The notes beneath the pieces were generated by a model. The model was given only the letters and a program-made list of their open reading frames with translations, had not been told where the DNA came from and did no database searches. A stretch of DNA of 9,937 bases from a virus (Duplodnaviria; Heunggongvirae; Uroviricota; Caudoviricetes), in the IMG/VR virus record IMGVR_UViG_2698536681_000002; one strand, 5' to 3'. Numbering within the stretch: the stretch's first letter is position 1; every line of letters begins with the position of its first letter. Made by a program: the position numbers and the translations under genes. Below, one piece after another: positions 1 through 7,317 of the stretch.

Positions 1-45
1 AGAATCGTAACGGGATACCAGATCAAGAGCCTGTCCAATGTGCAT

Positions 46-79
46 AAAAAAATCCGGAAACAAGTGAGCGTTTCCGGAT
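46..79 (-). terminator. Rho-independent terminator-like hairpin 30 nt downstream of the portal stop
   Basis: Perfect 9-bp inverted repeat ATCCGGAAA (52-60) / TTTCCGGAT (71-79) around a 10-nt loop. On the plus strand it is preceded by A7 (46-52), so on the minus strand the stem is followed by a T7 tract. Confidence 0.45.
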
Positions 80-112
80 TCTTACACAGCCACTGGATCG
101 GTCAACTGATCC

Positions 113-1360
113 TTAACTGATCGGCATTACACCACCGGGACGCGGATTCATATCTTCCAGGTCGCGGCAGTCATTGGAAGAGTAAATTCCCCAGTTGATC
201 CCGGTGGCGTAGGCTTCAAAACGGGACTTCATATCCCCGCGCAGTAACGCCCCGGCGTTAAATTTGGCGTAATAAACGCCCTGCTTACTTTTTCGTACCA
301 GTCCGGTGTTGATCCGCTGTTCGATGCGGGTCAGATACGGCACCAGTGAATAGTTGATAAATCCCAGCCCCAGCTCTTCGATATTGTTGAAGGTGGCGCG
401 ATCGGTGTTCTGCACCATGTGCAACGGCACCCGGAACAGACGACAGATTTCTTCCAGCTGAAACTTGCGGGTTTCCAGGAACTGACTGTCCTCGGCGTTC
501 AGCGCCATCGACTTCCAGTCCAGCCCCATTTCCAGAATCATCGGGCGGTGAGCATTGCCAAGCCCCGTGTGACACTCCTCAAAATCTTTCTTCAGACGCT
601 CGTAAGCATCCGGCGTGAGCTTTTGTTCCGTACGCAACACACCGGATGTCACCGCACCATTACTAAACAACCTGGCACCGTGCTCCTCGGTTGCCGCTGC
701 CAGTGAAATGGCCTCACGCGCATACGCAATGGGATTCAGCCCGACAAGTCCATCCAGCGTCAGGGTGCGCACATGCCAGATTTCATTCTGGGTCAACACA
801 TCCACGGAACCATCCGGAAACGTCACCTGATAAACCGGCTGCCACTGGCTGTTCAGCTTCGGTTCCACACAGCCCGGATCTATCGGAAGAAGCTCCACCA
901 CTTCTCCCAGTGCCTTTACCTTGTAGGCGTAAAAATTCCCCCGTAGACACAGGCAGACAATAACCAGCTCCCAGAATTCCTGCGGTGTCATGTAGCCATT
1001 AGGTTTTGCCGAAACCAACTTATGCAGTCGTTCATCCACCGCCCGTGTTTTCAGGGTACCGCTGATTTTGTAGAGACTGCAGGGCAGCATACCAACAGAC
1101 TCTGCCAGCACCCTGACGCAAGAATAGACCGCCGTCAGGCGCATGGCCCGCTGGCTACTGATCCGCTTTCCGGTATAGGTGTCGTATGACAGCCCGATAG
1201 CATCAGCAGTTCTGCTGGCGTGGTCACCGGCACATCGCTTTTTCGTTGAAATAATCCCGAAAAGAACACTATTTACCTCCGCCGACAGACTGCCGTGTAC
1301 GGTCGAGATATCGCGCCACCAGCCACGACCAGAACAGGCACAGCGCCCCGGCAACAACAA
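113..1360 (-). CDS. Phage portal protein, HK97 family; start codon unresolved
   Basis: Translation carries the portal N-terminal signature (...[39 protein letters not shown]...) and a long conserved body. It sits directly after the terminase large subunit. Stop at 113-115. The ORF-track start at 1360 is TTG; the next in-frame ATG is Met73 (1142-1144), with no GTG between, so the true start is uncertain. Confidence 0.85.
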   Translation of the reverse strand: MLLPGRCACSGRGWWRDISTVHGSLSAEVNSVLFGIISTKKRCAGDHASRTADAIGLSYDTYTGKRISSQRAMRLTAVYSCVRVLAESVGMLPCSLYKISGTLKTRAVDERLHKLVSAKPNGYMTPQEFWELVIVCLCLRGNFYAYKVKALGEVVELLPIDPGCVEPKLNSQWQPVYQVTFPDGSVDVLTQNEIWHVRTLTLDGLVGLNPIAYAREAISLAAATEEHGARLFSNGAVTSGVLRTEQKLTPDAYERLKKDFEECHTGLGNAHRPMILEMGLDWKSMALNAEDSQFLETRKFQLEEICRLFRVPLHMVQNTDRATFNNIEELGLGFINYSLVPYLTRIEQRINTGLVRKSKQGVYYAKFNAGALLRGDMKSRFEAYATGINWGIYSSNDCRDLEDMNPRPGGVMPIS

Positions 1361-1451
1361 AACCCGCCGGGGGATAAATCAGCCAGGCACCATACGCCAG
1401 CAAAAGCGCACCCAGCACGCCCACCAGAGGCGCGAGAATCAGCATGATCAT
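1269..1451 (-). CDS. Small hydrophobic protein, 60 aa, two predicted transmembrane helices
   Basis: ATG at 1449-1451 with GAGGT about 5 nt upstream, 11 nt after the terminase large stop. Translation [49 protein letters not shown] is strongly hydrophobic. Conflicts with the 5' end of the portal ORF in another frame. Confidence 0.4.
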   Translation of the reverse strand: MIMLILAPLVGVLGALLLAYGAWLIYPPAGFVVAGALCLFWSWLVARYLDRTRQSVGGGK

Positions 1452-1462
1452 AATTACCTCAG

Positions 1463-3196
1463 TTAAAGCGAGCGGATCCCGTAGGACTCAATGTGGTCAG
1501 ACAGCGTGTCTTCTTTCTCGTACAGCATGGCTCTGCCAACCGCCATAATCAGCGCAACTGCACCATCGATTTTGTTTTCCGCCTGCTCTTTGACGGGTTT
1601 CACCACATCATCGTTACCCGGCATGTTTTTGCCGACCACGTTGCCGATACACCAGGTCATGATGGGATTGCCGTCATGATGAAAACGTCCCGATTCAATC
1701 GCTGCTTCCAGCTCTTTCATCGGATCGGACATATTGGTGAAGTTCTGGACGATAGTGACGGGATTCAGGTCTTCATCAGCAAGGTCATGTGACAACCCGG
1801 TCGCCCCGAAGGGGTCGATGGGTGACTCACTGACCGGGCTGATTTTGTTCGCCGCTTTGGCCTCCTCGAGGATGTAGCGATAATCCACCTCCGCACCATC
1901 GGTAACGGTCAGAACGCCCATTTCCACCCATTTCTGAAAGCGTTCGGCTGTCCGTCGATCTTCATTTTTCTCGACGCTGTACACCGTGTCATACGGTACC
2001 CAGAAACGCGGGGCCACACTGTAGTAATGCGTTTTACCGTCAATCTCGCGGGTATAAAGTCGCGCCATGCTGTTCATATCCAGCTTACGCGCCAGGTCAA
2101 AGGCCAGAATGCACGGCTGCCCCTCGAACTGCTCAAGGGTCAGTGATTTATCCTCGCAGCTCTGCCAGCTCACCAAGTTGAAATACGCCGAACGCGCCGA
2201 CACCCAGATATTGAGGTGTTTTGTTTTAAAGACGTTTGCCAGACGGGCGTTATTTTTCGCACGCTGCTGCTGACTTAACAAAAATTCGCGATAAACCGAC
2301 ACGCCAATATTTGGATTGGCTTTTTCCAGCACCTGCGGGCCGGTCCAGTCGTCACCTTCATCAACGGTATAGATGATCCCGAACAGTTCATCGTTAGGCA
2401 CCGAGCCGTTGAGCATCTCGATGACTTCCCGCCGCTTGTCGTAGCACGGCCCCTCAATGTTGTACCCGGCGGTGGTGATGGCCCACATCAGTGGCTGACG
2501 TCGCGCCCCCATCCCGGTAAGCATTGTGGTATAAAGCGCATCGGTGGCATGCTCGTGATATTCATCAACCACGGCACAGTGGGGTGATGAACCATCACCT
2601 GGGTTGCCGATCAGCGGTTCAAACCGCGCGCCATCCTCCGGACGGTTCATGTTTGAGGCGTTAACCTCAATCCCGAACGCTTCCGTCAGCATGGGTGTGC
2701 GTTTACACATCAGTCGCGCCGGGCGAAAGACTTCCCACGCCTGTTTCTCTGTCGTGGCACCGGAATACACTTCCGCGCCAAACTCGTTATCACAGGCAAA
2801 ACAATACAGGGCAACACCGGCAGAGATTGCTGATTTGCCGTTCTTACGGGGGATTTCGGTGTACACCTCCCGGAAGCGGCGCAACCGGGTGCCTTTATTG
2901 ACCCAGCCAAACGCACAGCAGATCACAAATAGCTGCCACGGCTCCAGCGTGATGGGCATCCGTTTGAATGCCCACTCCCCCTTGGTGTGCGGCAACAGCT
3001 GAATAAATTTCGCGGCCCGTTCAGCCAGGTCCTTGTCGAAGCGGTAACGAAACGACTTACTTTTTTCCGCCATCAGGTCATCAAGATGGCGCTGGCAGGC
3101 CTGAATCACAAACTGGCAGGCAACAATCTTTCCGCGCACGACATCCCGGGCATACTGATTTGCAGCATTTACGTTGGGGTAAGATTTCCGGCTCAT
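1463..3196 (-). CDS. Terminase large subunit (TerL), 577 aa
   Basis: Full-length ORF with a Walker-A-like motif (IPRKNGKS) and typical terminase ATPase/nuclease architecture. ATG at 3194-3196 overlaps the TerS stop (ATGA). Stop at 1463-1465. Confidence 0.93.
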   Translation of the reverse strand: MSRKSYPNVNAANQYARDVVRGKIVACQFVIQACQRHLDDLMAEKSKSFRYRFDKDLAERAAKFIQLLPHTKGEWAFKRMPITLEPWQLFVICCAFGWVNKGTRLRRFREVYTEIPRKNGKSAISAGVALYCFACDNEFGAEVYSGATTEKQAWEVFRPARLMCKRTPMLTEAFGIEVNASNMNRPEDGARFEPLIGNPGDGSSPHCAVVDEYHEHATDALYTTMLTGMGARRQPLMWAITTAGYNIEGPCYDKRREVIEMLNGSVPNDELFGIIYTVDEGDDWTGPQVLEKANPNIGVSVYREFLLSQQQRAKNNARLANVFKTKHLNIWVSARSAYFNLVSWQSCEDKSLTLEQFEGQPCILAFDLARKLDMNSMARLYTREIDGKTHYYSVAPRFWVPYDTVYSVEKNEDRRTAERFQKWVEMGVLTVTDGAEVDYRYILEEAKAANKISPVSESPIDPFGATGLSHDLADEDLNPVTIVQNFTNMSDPMKELEAAIESGRFHHDGNPIMTWCIGNVVGKNMPGNDDVVKPVKEQAENKIDGAVALIMAVGRAMLYEKEDTLSDHIESYGIRSL

Positions 3197-3687
3197 GATT
3201 CGATAATTTTCAGAAACGGGTTAGTGGCTTTCTTCTGCCCCGCCAGGCCAATCAGACGCTGGCGGCTGCTGGGGTCGAGTCCGAGCATTGCCCCCGTGCT
3301 GCTCATCTCGGACTCCTGTTCTTTTTTGGCGGTCAGCTCCGGATTTTTGACCCTGCCGCCCATTGCACCGGTGATGGTGTTGCCCTGTATGGCAATATTT
3401 TTCACGGCACGTCGCCAGAACTCATAGGCCACGCACCACCGCTCAAGTACCGCCAGGTCAGTCACGCACAGCAGGCCCTGACCGCAGAGTTCTTTGGTTG
3501 TCAGTTGCCACATGATCGTGGCGAGAGGGAGATCTTCTTCAGCGAACCACTCTGGTGGCTCAACACCTTTGATGGGCGTAAAAACAGGTTCATCTTTGTT
3601 CAGGGCTCGCTTGCCGGGGTTTCCGGCCAGCGCCTTGCGCGCCGTTGGCTTGGGGCGACGCCCGGAACGCCCCGCCGTTCCAGCCAT
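3193..3687 (-). CDS. Terminase small subunit, P27-like family
   Basis: N-terminus [18 protein letters not shown]... is characteristic of P27-family small terminases. ATG at 3685-3687 with AGGAG 10 nt upstream; the ORF-track start at 3696 is a GTG with no spacing to that Shine-Dalgarno. Stop TGA overlaps the TerL ATG. Confidence 0.85.
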   Translation of the reverse strand: MAGTAGRSGRRPKPTARKALAGNPGKRALNKDEPVFTPIKGVEPPEWFAEEDLPLATIMWQLTTKELCGQGLLCVTDLAVLERWCVAYEFWRRAVKNIAIQGNTITGAMGGRVKNPELTAKKEQESEMSSTGAMLGLDPSSRQRLIGLAGQKKATNPFLKIIES

Positions 3688-3696
3688 ATGCGGCAC

Positions 3697-3808
3697 TCCT
3701 GGTTAAATTTCATTTTTCGCGGGTATAAAAAAACGATGGGGCGGGCAGTCCGGAAGACGTCAGGTCACAGGGATTTGCCCCGCCCCTCCCTACAAGTGAG
3801 AATAATTA
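3697..3808. other. Candidate cos / packaging-site region between HNH endonuclease and TerS
   Basis: 112-nt non-coding gap in the position where HK97-like phages carry cos. GC-rich imperfect inverted repeat GGGGCGGGCAG (3738-3748) / TTGCCCCGCCCC (3775-3786) flanks a GACGTC palindrome, with an A7 tract (3725-3731) beside it. Assignment is positional and by loose resemblance to a lambda cosN-like GGGCGG motif. Confidence 0.3.
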
Positions 3809-4159
3809 TCACCGGATTCGTTCGCGCGCTGTTTTCGCTTTATGGCAGGGCCAGCACAGACTCTGCAGGTTGCTGTCTGCGTCTGTTCCGCCATGCGCTT
3901 TCGGGATGATGTGGTCGACGGTTTTCGCCTCGCTCACCACACCGACACGCAGACACAACTGACACAGACCTTTATCGCGCTTCAGAATACGGGCACGAAT
4001 CACCGTCCATTTTGAGCCATAGCCACGCTGGTGGCGGCTCAGTCCGCGCTGGTGCTGCACCCAGCCTTCACCGCGATGTTTATCGCAGTAACCCGAACTG
4101 TCTGTGGTTGTACCTGCACATCCACGCTTACGGCAGGCACGTGGGATTAGTGATGGCAT
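3809..4159 (-). CDS. HNH endonuclease (terminase-associated), 116 aa
   Basis: Cys-rich N-terminus (CRKRGCAGTTTDSSGYCDKH) and HNH motif (DHIIPKAHGGTDADSNLQSLCWPCH). ATG at 4157-4159 with GAGGT 4 nt upstream. Confidence 0.9.
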   Translation of the reverse strand: MPSLIPRACRKRGCAGTTTDSSGYCDKHRGEGWVQHQRGLSRHQRGYGSKWTVIRARILKRDKGLCQLCLRVGVVSEAKTVDHIIPKAHGGTDADSNLQSLCWPCHKAKTARERIR

Positions 4160-4201
4160 AAATACCTCATACCCTGCGAAATGTTTACCACGATAAAAAG
4201 G

Positions 4202-4672
4202 CTACTTAATGCACTGAGTGCGGATATACTCCTGTGCCCCTTCCAGTTGCATCTGCATCGTCATCAGCCGCTCTCTGAGGGTGAAATAATCCCGTTCAGC
4301 GGTGTCTGCCAGTCGGGGGCTGGTTGCATTATCCACGCCGGAGGCGGTGGTGGCTTCACGCACTGACTGACAGACTGCTTTGATGTGCAACCGACGACGA
4401 CCAGCGGCAACATCAGCGCGCAGAGTTTCATTTTCAGCTTTCGCATCAGCTAACTCCTTCNNNNNNNNNNNNNNNNNNNNNNNNNNNNNNNNNNNNNNNN
4501 NNNNNNNNNNNNNNNNNNNNNNNNNNNNNNNNNNNNNNNNNNNNNNNNNNNNNNNNNNNNNNNNNNNNNNNNNNNNNNNNNNNNNNNNNNNNNNNNNNNN
4601 NNNNNNNNNNNNNNNNNNNNNNNNNNNNNNNNNNNNNNNNNNNNNNNNNNNNNNNNNNNNNNNNNNNNNNNN
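4202..4672 (-). CDS. Rz-like i-spanin; C-terminal 85 codons visible, N-terminus inside the N run (5' end estimated)
   Basis: Visible frame 4202..4459 translates KELADAKAENETLRADVAAGRRRLHIKAVCQSVREATTASGVDNATSPRLADTAERDYFTLRERLMTMQMQLEGAQEYIRTQCIK, near-identical to my recollection of the lambda Rz C-terminal half. The ORF-track start at 4390 is an internal TTG. The 4672 end is an estimate assuming about 155 aa and an ATGA overlap with the endolysin stop. Confidence 0.75.
   Translation of the reverse strand, partial: XXXXXXXXXXXXXXXXXXXXXXXXXXXXXXXXXXXXXXXXXXXXXXXXXXXXXXXXXXXXXXXXXXXXXXXKELADAKAENETLRADVAAGRRRLHIKAVCQSVREATTASGVDNATSPRLADTAERDYFTLRERLMTMQMQLEGAQEYIRTQCIK
4264..4446 (-). CDS. 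Rz1-like o-spanin lipoprotein, embedded in the +1 frame of Rz
   Basis: MRKLKMKLCALMLPLVVVGCTSKQSVSQCVKPPPPPAWIMQPAPDWQTPLNGIISPSESG has a signal peptide with lipobox (VVVGC) and a proline-rich mature part, near-identical to lambda Rz1 as I recall it. ATG at 4444-4446 lies wholly inside the Rz frame. Confidence 0.9.
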   Translation of the reverse strand: MRKLKMKLCALMLPLVVVGCTSKQSVSQCVKPPPPPAWIMQPAPDWQTPLNGIISPSESG

Positions 4673-4880
4673 NNNNNNNNNNNNNNNNNNNNNNNNNNNN
4701 NNNNNNNNNNNNNNNNNNNNNNNNNNNNNNNNNNNNNNNNNNNNNNNNNNNNNNNNNNNNNNNNNNNNNNNNNNNNNNNNNNNNNNNNNNNNNNNNNNNN
4801 NNNNNNNNNNNNNNNNNNNNNNNNNNNNNNNNNNNNNNNNNNNNNNNNNNNNNNNNNNNNNNNNNNNNNNNNNNNNNNNN
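4461..4880. other. N-masked run (420 nt) inside the lysis cassette
   Basis: Contiguous n characters. The flanking reading frames imply it hides the C-terminal part of the endolysin and the N-terminal part of Rz. Confidence 1.
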
Positions 4881-5166
4881 CCGGTATATCGACTTTGATG
4901 TACGGGTTAATTTGTCTGGCGACAGTGGCAAGGTCTTTATTCAGGAGGGCTTTGCATTCTGCTTCGGTATACGTTTTACCGAGCATGATGTCTTTTCCGG
5001 TGTGTCCGTGACATACAGTCCATACACCAATGATATCTTTGTATGGTATGTAGCTGACACCTTCCAGACCATCGTTACCACCTGGGCCAGTGATTAACAC
5101 AGATGCTATAGCAACAGCCCCACCACCAATAGCAGCTGCAACAGCCTTGCGTAATGATGGCGACAT
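4669..5166 (-). CDS. SAR endolysin, T4-lysozyme fold, phage 21 R / RrrD-like; 95 N-terminal residues visible (3' end estimated)
   Basis: ATG at 5164-5166 with GAGG upstream. N-terminal Gly/Ala-rich signal-anchor-release segment ([30 protein letters not shown]) followed by ...[29 protein letters not shown], placing Glu35/Asp44/Thr50 at the positions I recall for the R21 catalytic triad. The 238-aa read-through ORF in the track is an artefact of translating the N run; the 4669 end assumes about 165 aa. Confidence 0.85.
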
Positions 5167-5381
5167 TATTCACCTCTCGCAGCCTTACGCTTGTCTTCTC
5201 TTATTTTGAAATACAGATTTGTCAGATAAGTCAGAAGCCCCAGAAGCAGACTTCCCAGCACACCAATCGCAGCCCACTGTGATGGACTGACCTGATCCAA
5301 CCACTGCAAAAACCAGTAGCCGGCACTGCCGGCGGAGGTGCCGTAGGCANNNNNNNNNNNNNNNNNNNNNNNNNNNNNNNN
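5166..5381 (-). CDS. Pinholin, phage 21 S-like class II holin; C-terminal 60 residues visible (5' end estimated)
   Basis: Visible frame 5166..5348 translates [60 protein letters not shown], near-identical to S21 as I recall it. Its TAA stop overlaps the endolysin ATG (TAATG). Absent from the ORF track because its start lies in the N run; the 5381 end assumes about 71 aa. Confidence 0.75.
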   Translation of the reverse strand, partial: XXXXXXXXXXXAYGTSAGSAGYWFLQWLDQVSPSQWAAIGVLGSLLLGLLTYLTNLYFKIREDKRKAARGE

Positions 5382-5744
5382 NNNNNNNNNNNNNNNNNNN
5401 NNNNNNNNNNNNNNNNNNNNNNNNNNNNNNNNNNNNNNNNNNNNNNNNNNNNNNNNNNNNNNNNNNNNNNNNNNNNNNNNNNNNNNNNNNNNNNNNNNNN
5501 NNNNNNNNNNNNNNNNNNNNNNNNNNNNNNNNNNNNNNNNNNNNNNNNNNNNNNNNNNNNNNNNNNNNNNNNNNNNNNNNNNNNNNNNNNNNNNNNNNNN
5601 NNNNNNNNNNNNNNNNNNNNNNNNNNNNNNNNNNNNNNNNNNNNNNNNNNNNNNNNNNNNNNNNNNNNNNNNNNNNNNNNNNNNNNNNNNNNNNNNNNNN
5701 NNNNNNNNNNNNNNNNNNNNNNNNNNNNNNNNNNNNNNNNNNNN
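5350..5744. other. N-masked run (395 nt) upstream of the holin
   Basis: Contiguous n characters. Only about 32 nt are needed for the holin N-terminus, leaving roughly 360 nt of unknown content. Confidence 1.
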
Positions 5745-5759
5745 GAGTCAGACATTCCC

Positions 5760-5773
5760 ACACAATATTGTGT
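5760..5773. repeat. 14-bp perfect palindrome ACACAATATTGTGT
   Basis: Exactly self-complementary, in the 63-nt visible gap between the tRNA-Gly 3' end and the N run. Confidence 0.5.
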
Positions 5774-5807
5774 CAGTGCAAATAACAACCTTCGTCTCAA
5801 ATCTCGC

Positions 5808-5882
<75 letters not shown>

Positions 5883-5885
5883 ATA

Positions 5886-5961
<76 letters not shown>

Positions 5962-5963
5962 GC

Positions 5964-6040
5964 TGGCCCACCACCGAGGACTCGAACCTCGCACCGTCAA
6001 CTTAGAAGGTTGATGCTCTATCCGGATGAGCTAGTGGTGG
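5964..6040 (-). tRNA. tRNA-Arg, anticodon UCU (reads AGA/AGG), 77 nt
   Basis: CCACCACTAGCTCATCCGGATAGAGCATCAACCTTCTAAGTTGACGGTGCGAGGTTCGAGTCCTCGGTGGTGGGCCA: all four stems pair perfectly, anticodon loop CTTCTAA, encoded CCA. It differs from host argU as I recall it, consistent with a phage-type tRNA. Confidence 0.85.
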
Positions 6041-6041
6041 T

Positions 6042-6118
6042 TGGTGGCCCTTGCTGGACTTGAACCAGCGACCTGGCGATTATGAGTCGCTCGCTCTGAC
6101 CAACTGAGCTAAAGGGCC
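6042..6118 (-). tRNA. tRNA with CAU anticodon (Met, or Ile2 if lysidine-modified; ileX/ileZ-like), 77 nt
   Basis: GGCCCTTTAGCTCAGTTGGTCAGAGCGAGCGACTCATAATCGCCAGGTCGCTGGTTCAAGTCCAGCAAGGGCCACCA: cloverleaf with anticodon loop CTCATAA. It resembles E. coli ileX and the Stx-phage ileZ type as I recall them. Confidence 0.85.
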
Positions 6119-6127
6119 GGAGGCAGA

Positions 6128-6156
6128 ATAATAACCATATGTCATCACATCTGCAA
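6128..6156 (-). promoter_or_regulatory. Candidate sigma70 promoter for the tRNA array
   Basis: On the minus strand: TTGCAG (-35, weak), 17-nt spacer, TATTAT (-10), ending 9 nt before the 5' end of the first tRNA. Confidence 0.3.
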
Positions 6157-6206
6157 ACTCATCTGACCACCAGCACGTTTAACGTCCTGTGCCGTTTTTC
6201 AGGTAT

Positions 6207-6231
6207 AAAAAAACCCGCTCATCGGCGGGTT
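6207..6231 (-). terminator. Rho-independent terminator downstream of the ORF6N gene
   Basis: On the minus strand: 7-bp stem AACCCGC/GCGGGTT with a 6-nt loop, followed by T7 (plus-strand A7 at 6207-6213). About 80 nt after the ORF6N stop and before the tRNA promoter. Confidence 0.65.
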
Positions 6232-6307
6232 TAAGCTGTGTGGCGTAGTAACCACTCTTAACAGGATATTCAACTTTTTACGATCGTAAAGTTTTCGGAA
6301 AAAATTT

Positions 6308-6871
6308 TTAAAACCGCATCAACCGCTCCACCAGTTGCTCTTTACGGGCAACGATCCACCCGTGTTGCTCCAGATAAAATTTAAACCGTTCCAGAGTACA
6401 TACCATCGCATCGGCGGGTACCTTTTCCGTGAACTCAACCTGACCGTGTTTATCGAAGTGGCTCAGTAATGCGCATCCATCATTTTCGATAGATGTGTTT
6501 TGTGCCGCTGGTGGCTGTTTCTGGTTGAAATAACAGTCTTCCAGTTTTTCGAACACTTCCCACGCCTGATCGGTTTCGAGCATTTTGGCGTGACGGGCTG
6601 CGCCACGTTCTGTCCAGAGGATGAGGGAGCGAACGTTACGGGCAATTTTCACAGAAACTCTTAAAGAGTTTTCGTTCTTCAACTCTCGTAACGCATCACC
6701 TTCTATCAGGAAAAAATGTTTACCTTCTATAAACCGTTCTTTGTTTCGATTGAAATTGTTTGTCAAACGCTGGCGCTCTGTTCCGTACAAATCAGCCAGC
6801 AGCTCTGTTGTCATGACAGGAAGATGGTTATGCGTAAGTGACGGGAGTTTTTCAATAGACGTGCGATTCAT
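6308..6871 (-). CDS. ORF6N-domain protein (KilA-N / antirepressor-like DNA-binding domain family), about 187 aa; accessory gene
   Basis: Translation MNRTSIEKLPSLTHNHLPVMTTELLADLYGTERQRLTNNFNRNKERFIEGKHFFLIEGDALRELK...RSLILWTERGAARHAKMLETDQAWEVFEKLEDCYF matches my recollection of the ORF6N consensus (NF.NNK.RF.EGKH.F...G..L.......LWTERGA.RHAK.L.TD.AWEV...LED.YF). Preferred start is the ATG at 6869-6871 (AGGA 7 nt upstream), with an alternative ATG at 6877. The longer ORF-track start at 7069 would run through the promoter/terminator modules and is rejected. Confidence 0.75.
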   Translation of the reverse strand: MNRTSIEKLPSLTHNHLPVMTTELLADLYGTERQRLTNNFNRNKERFIEGKHFFLIEGDALRELKNENSLRVSVKIARNVRSLILWTERGAARHAKMLETDQAWEVFEKLEDCYFNQKQPPAAQNTSIENDGCALLSHFDKHGQVEFTEKVPADAMVCTLERFKFYLEQHGWIVARKEQLVERLMRF

Positions 6872-7014
6872 AGACATGTCCTTTCGAATATTTTGATTTA
6901 CCCCTTTTGAGAGGGTGACCGGGCGCTCAAAACCGTCGAAAGTCGGCGGGCGTATTTCCATTGCTGGTATTGTATTAGCCGCACACCCGGTCATAAACCA
7001 AGAATTCTGGACAC

Positions 7015-7042
7015 AAAAAAACCACATGGCTATCGGGTGTGG
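7015..7042 (-). terminator. Terminator-like hairpin plus T7 tract (module 2)
   Basis: On the minus strand: stem CCACA/TGTGG around an 11-nt loop (an alternative stem GGTATC/GATAGCC is possible), followed by TTTTTTT (plus-strand A7 at 7015-7021). About 45 to 55 nt downstream of the module-2 -10 element. Confidence 0.45.
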
Positions 7043-7077
7043 ATACCGCTTTCGAGGTGTTTTGAGCACCGCGGGGA

Positions 7078-7106
7078 AATGTAAACTGCAAACCTGAAAC
7101 TGTCAA
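7078..7106 (-). promoter_or_regulatory. Candidate sigma70 promoter (module 2)
   Basis: On the minus strand: consensus -35 TTGACA (plus 7101-7106), exact 17-nt spacer, -10 TACATT (plus 7078-7083). Confidence 0.45.
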
Positions 7107-7231
7107 CACCGTCAGGTTCCAATCATCGGGTGGTGAGACGCACAGGGTTGGAACTACCGGGAAACCGACCGGCGAGCTTTTCAGCTCCCCCATGCGCCCC
7201 ACCATAATTCAGATGTGCGCGTGCATACGAC

Positions 7232-7256
7232 AATAAAAAACACGCTCGCGGCGTGT
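7232..7256 (-). terminator. Rho-independent terminator (module 1); candidate tR'
   Basis: On the minus strand: 6-bp stem ACACGC/GCGTGT with loop CGCGA, followed by TTTTTATT. About 75 to 85 nt downstream of the module-1 promoter. Confidence 0.5.
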
Positions 7257-7317
7257 GTCTGTCGCGGTCTCTATCCGGGGTTCCAATCCCGACGCCAGAT
7301 TTTGCTGGCGCGTGAGG

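Noticed and set aside
419-3427. Plus-strand ORFs antisense to portal and terminase genes (for example 419..706, 1493..1792, 2604..3002, 2987..3427)
   Set aside because: They lie entirely within well-supported minus-strand genes and have low-complexity or implausible translations; no start signals were noted.
3738-3786. The GC-rich inverted repeat read as a minus-strand intrinsic terminator between HNH and TerS
   Set aside because: The arms are about 26 nt apart and imperfect, and HNH-TerS co-transcription is expected in the late operon. A cos-related role seems more likely, though a terminator role is not excluded.
4450-5166. 238-aa minus-strand ORF spanning the N run, read as a single long endolysin
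   Set aside because: Most of it is translated N (X residues). T4-type SAR endolysins are about 165 aa, and the Rz frame must begin inside the same run, so the real CDS ends within the mask.
5382-5744. Shiga toxin genes (stxAB) at the tRNA-to-holin cargo position
   Set aside because: The position matches Stx phages, but only about 360 nt are available against about 1.2 kb needed, and no visible flanking sequence encodes any StxA or StxB fragment.
5185-5800. Two X-filled minus-strand ORFs (5185..5763 and 5231..5800) across the second N run
   Set aside because: Both are read-through artefacts of masked sequence. Their visible C-terminal parts are out-of-frame shadows of the holin, whose real frame is a third one. 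Only the short N-terminal stub at 5752-5754 is kept as an open question.
6872-7069. Long form of the ORF6N gene starting at 7069 (253 aa)
   Set aside because: The extra 66 residues (MLKTPRKRYPHPIAMWFFCVQNSWFMTGCAANTIP...) do not look like protein sequence and would be translated through the module-2 promoter and terminator. The ATG at 6871 has a properly spaced AGGA.
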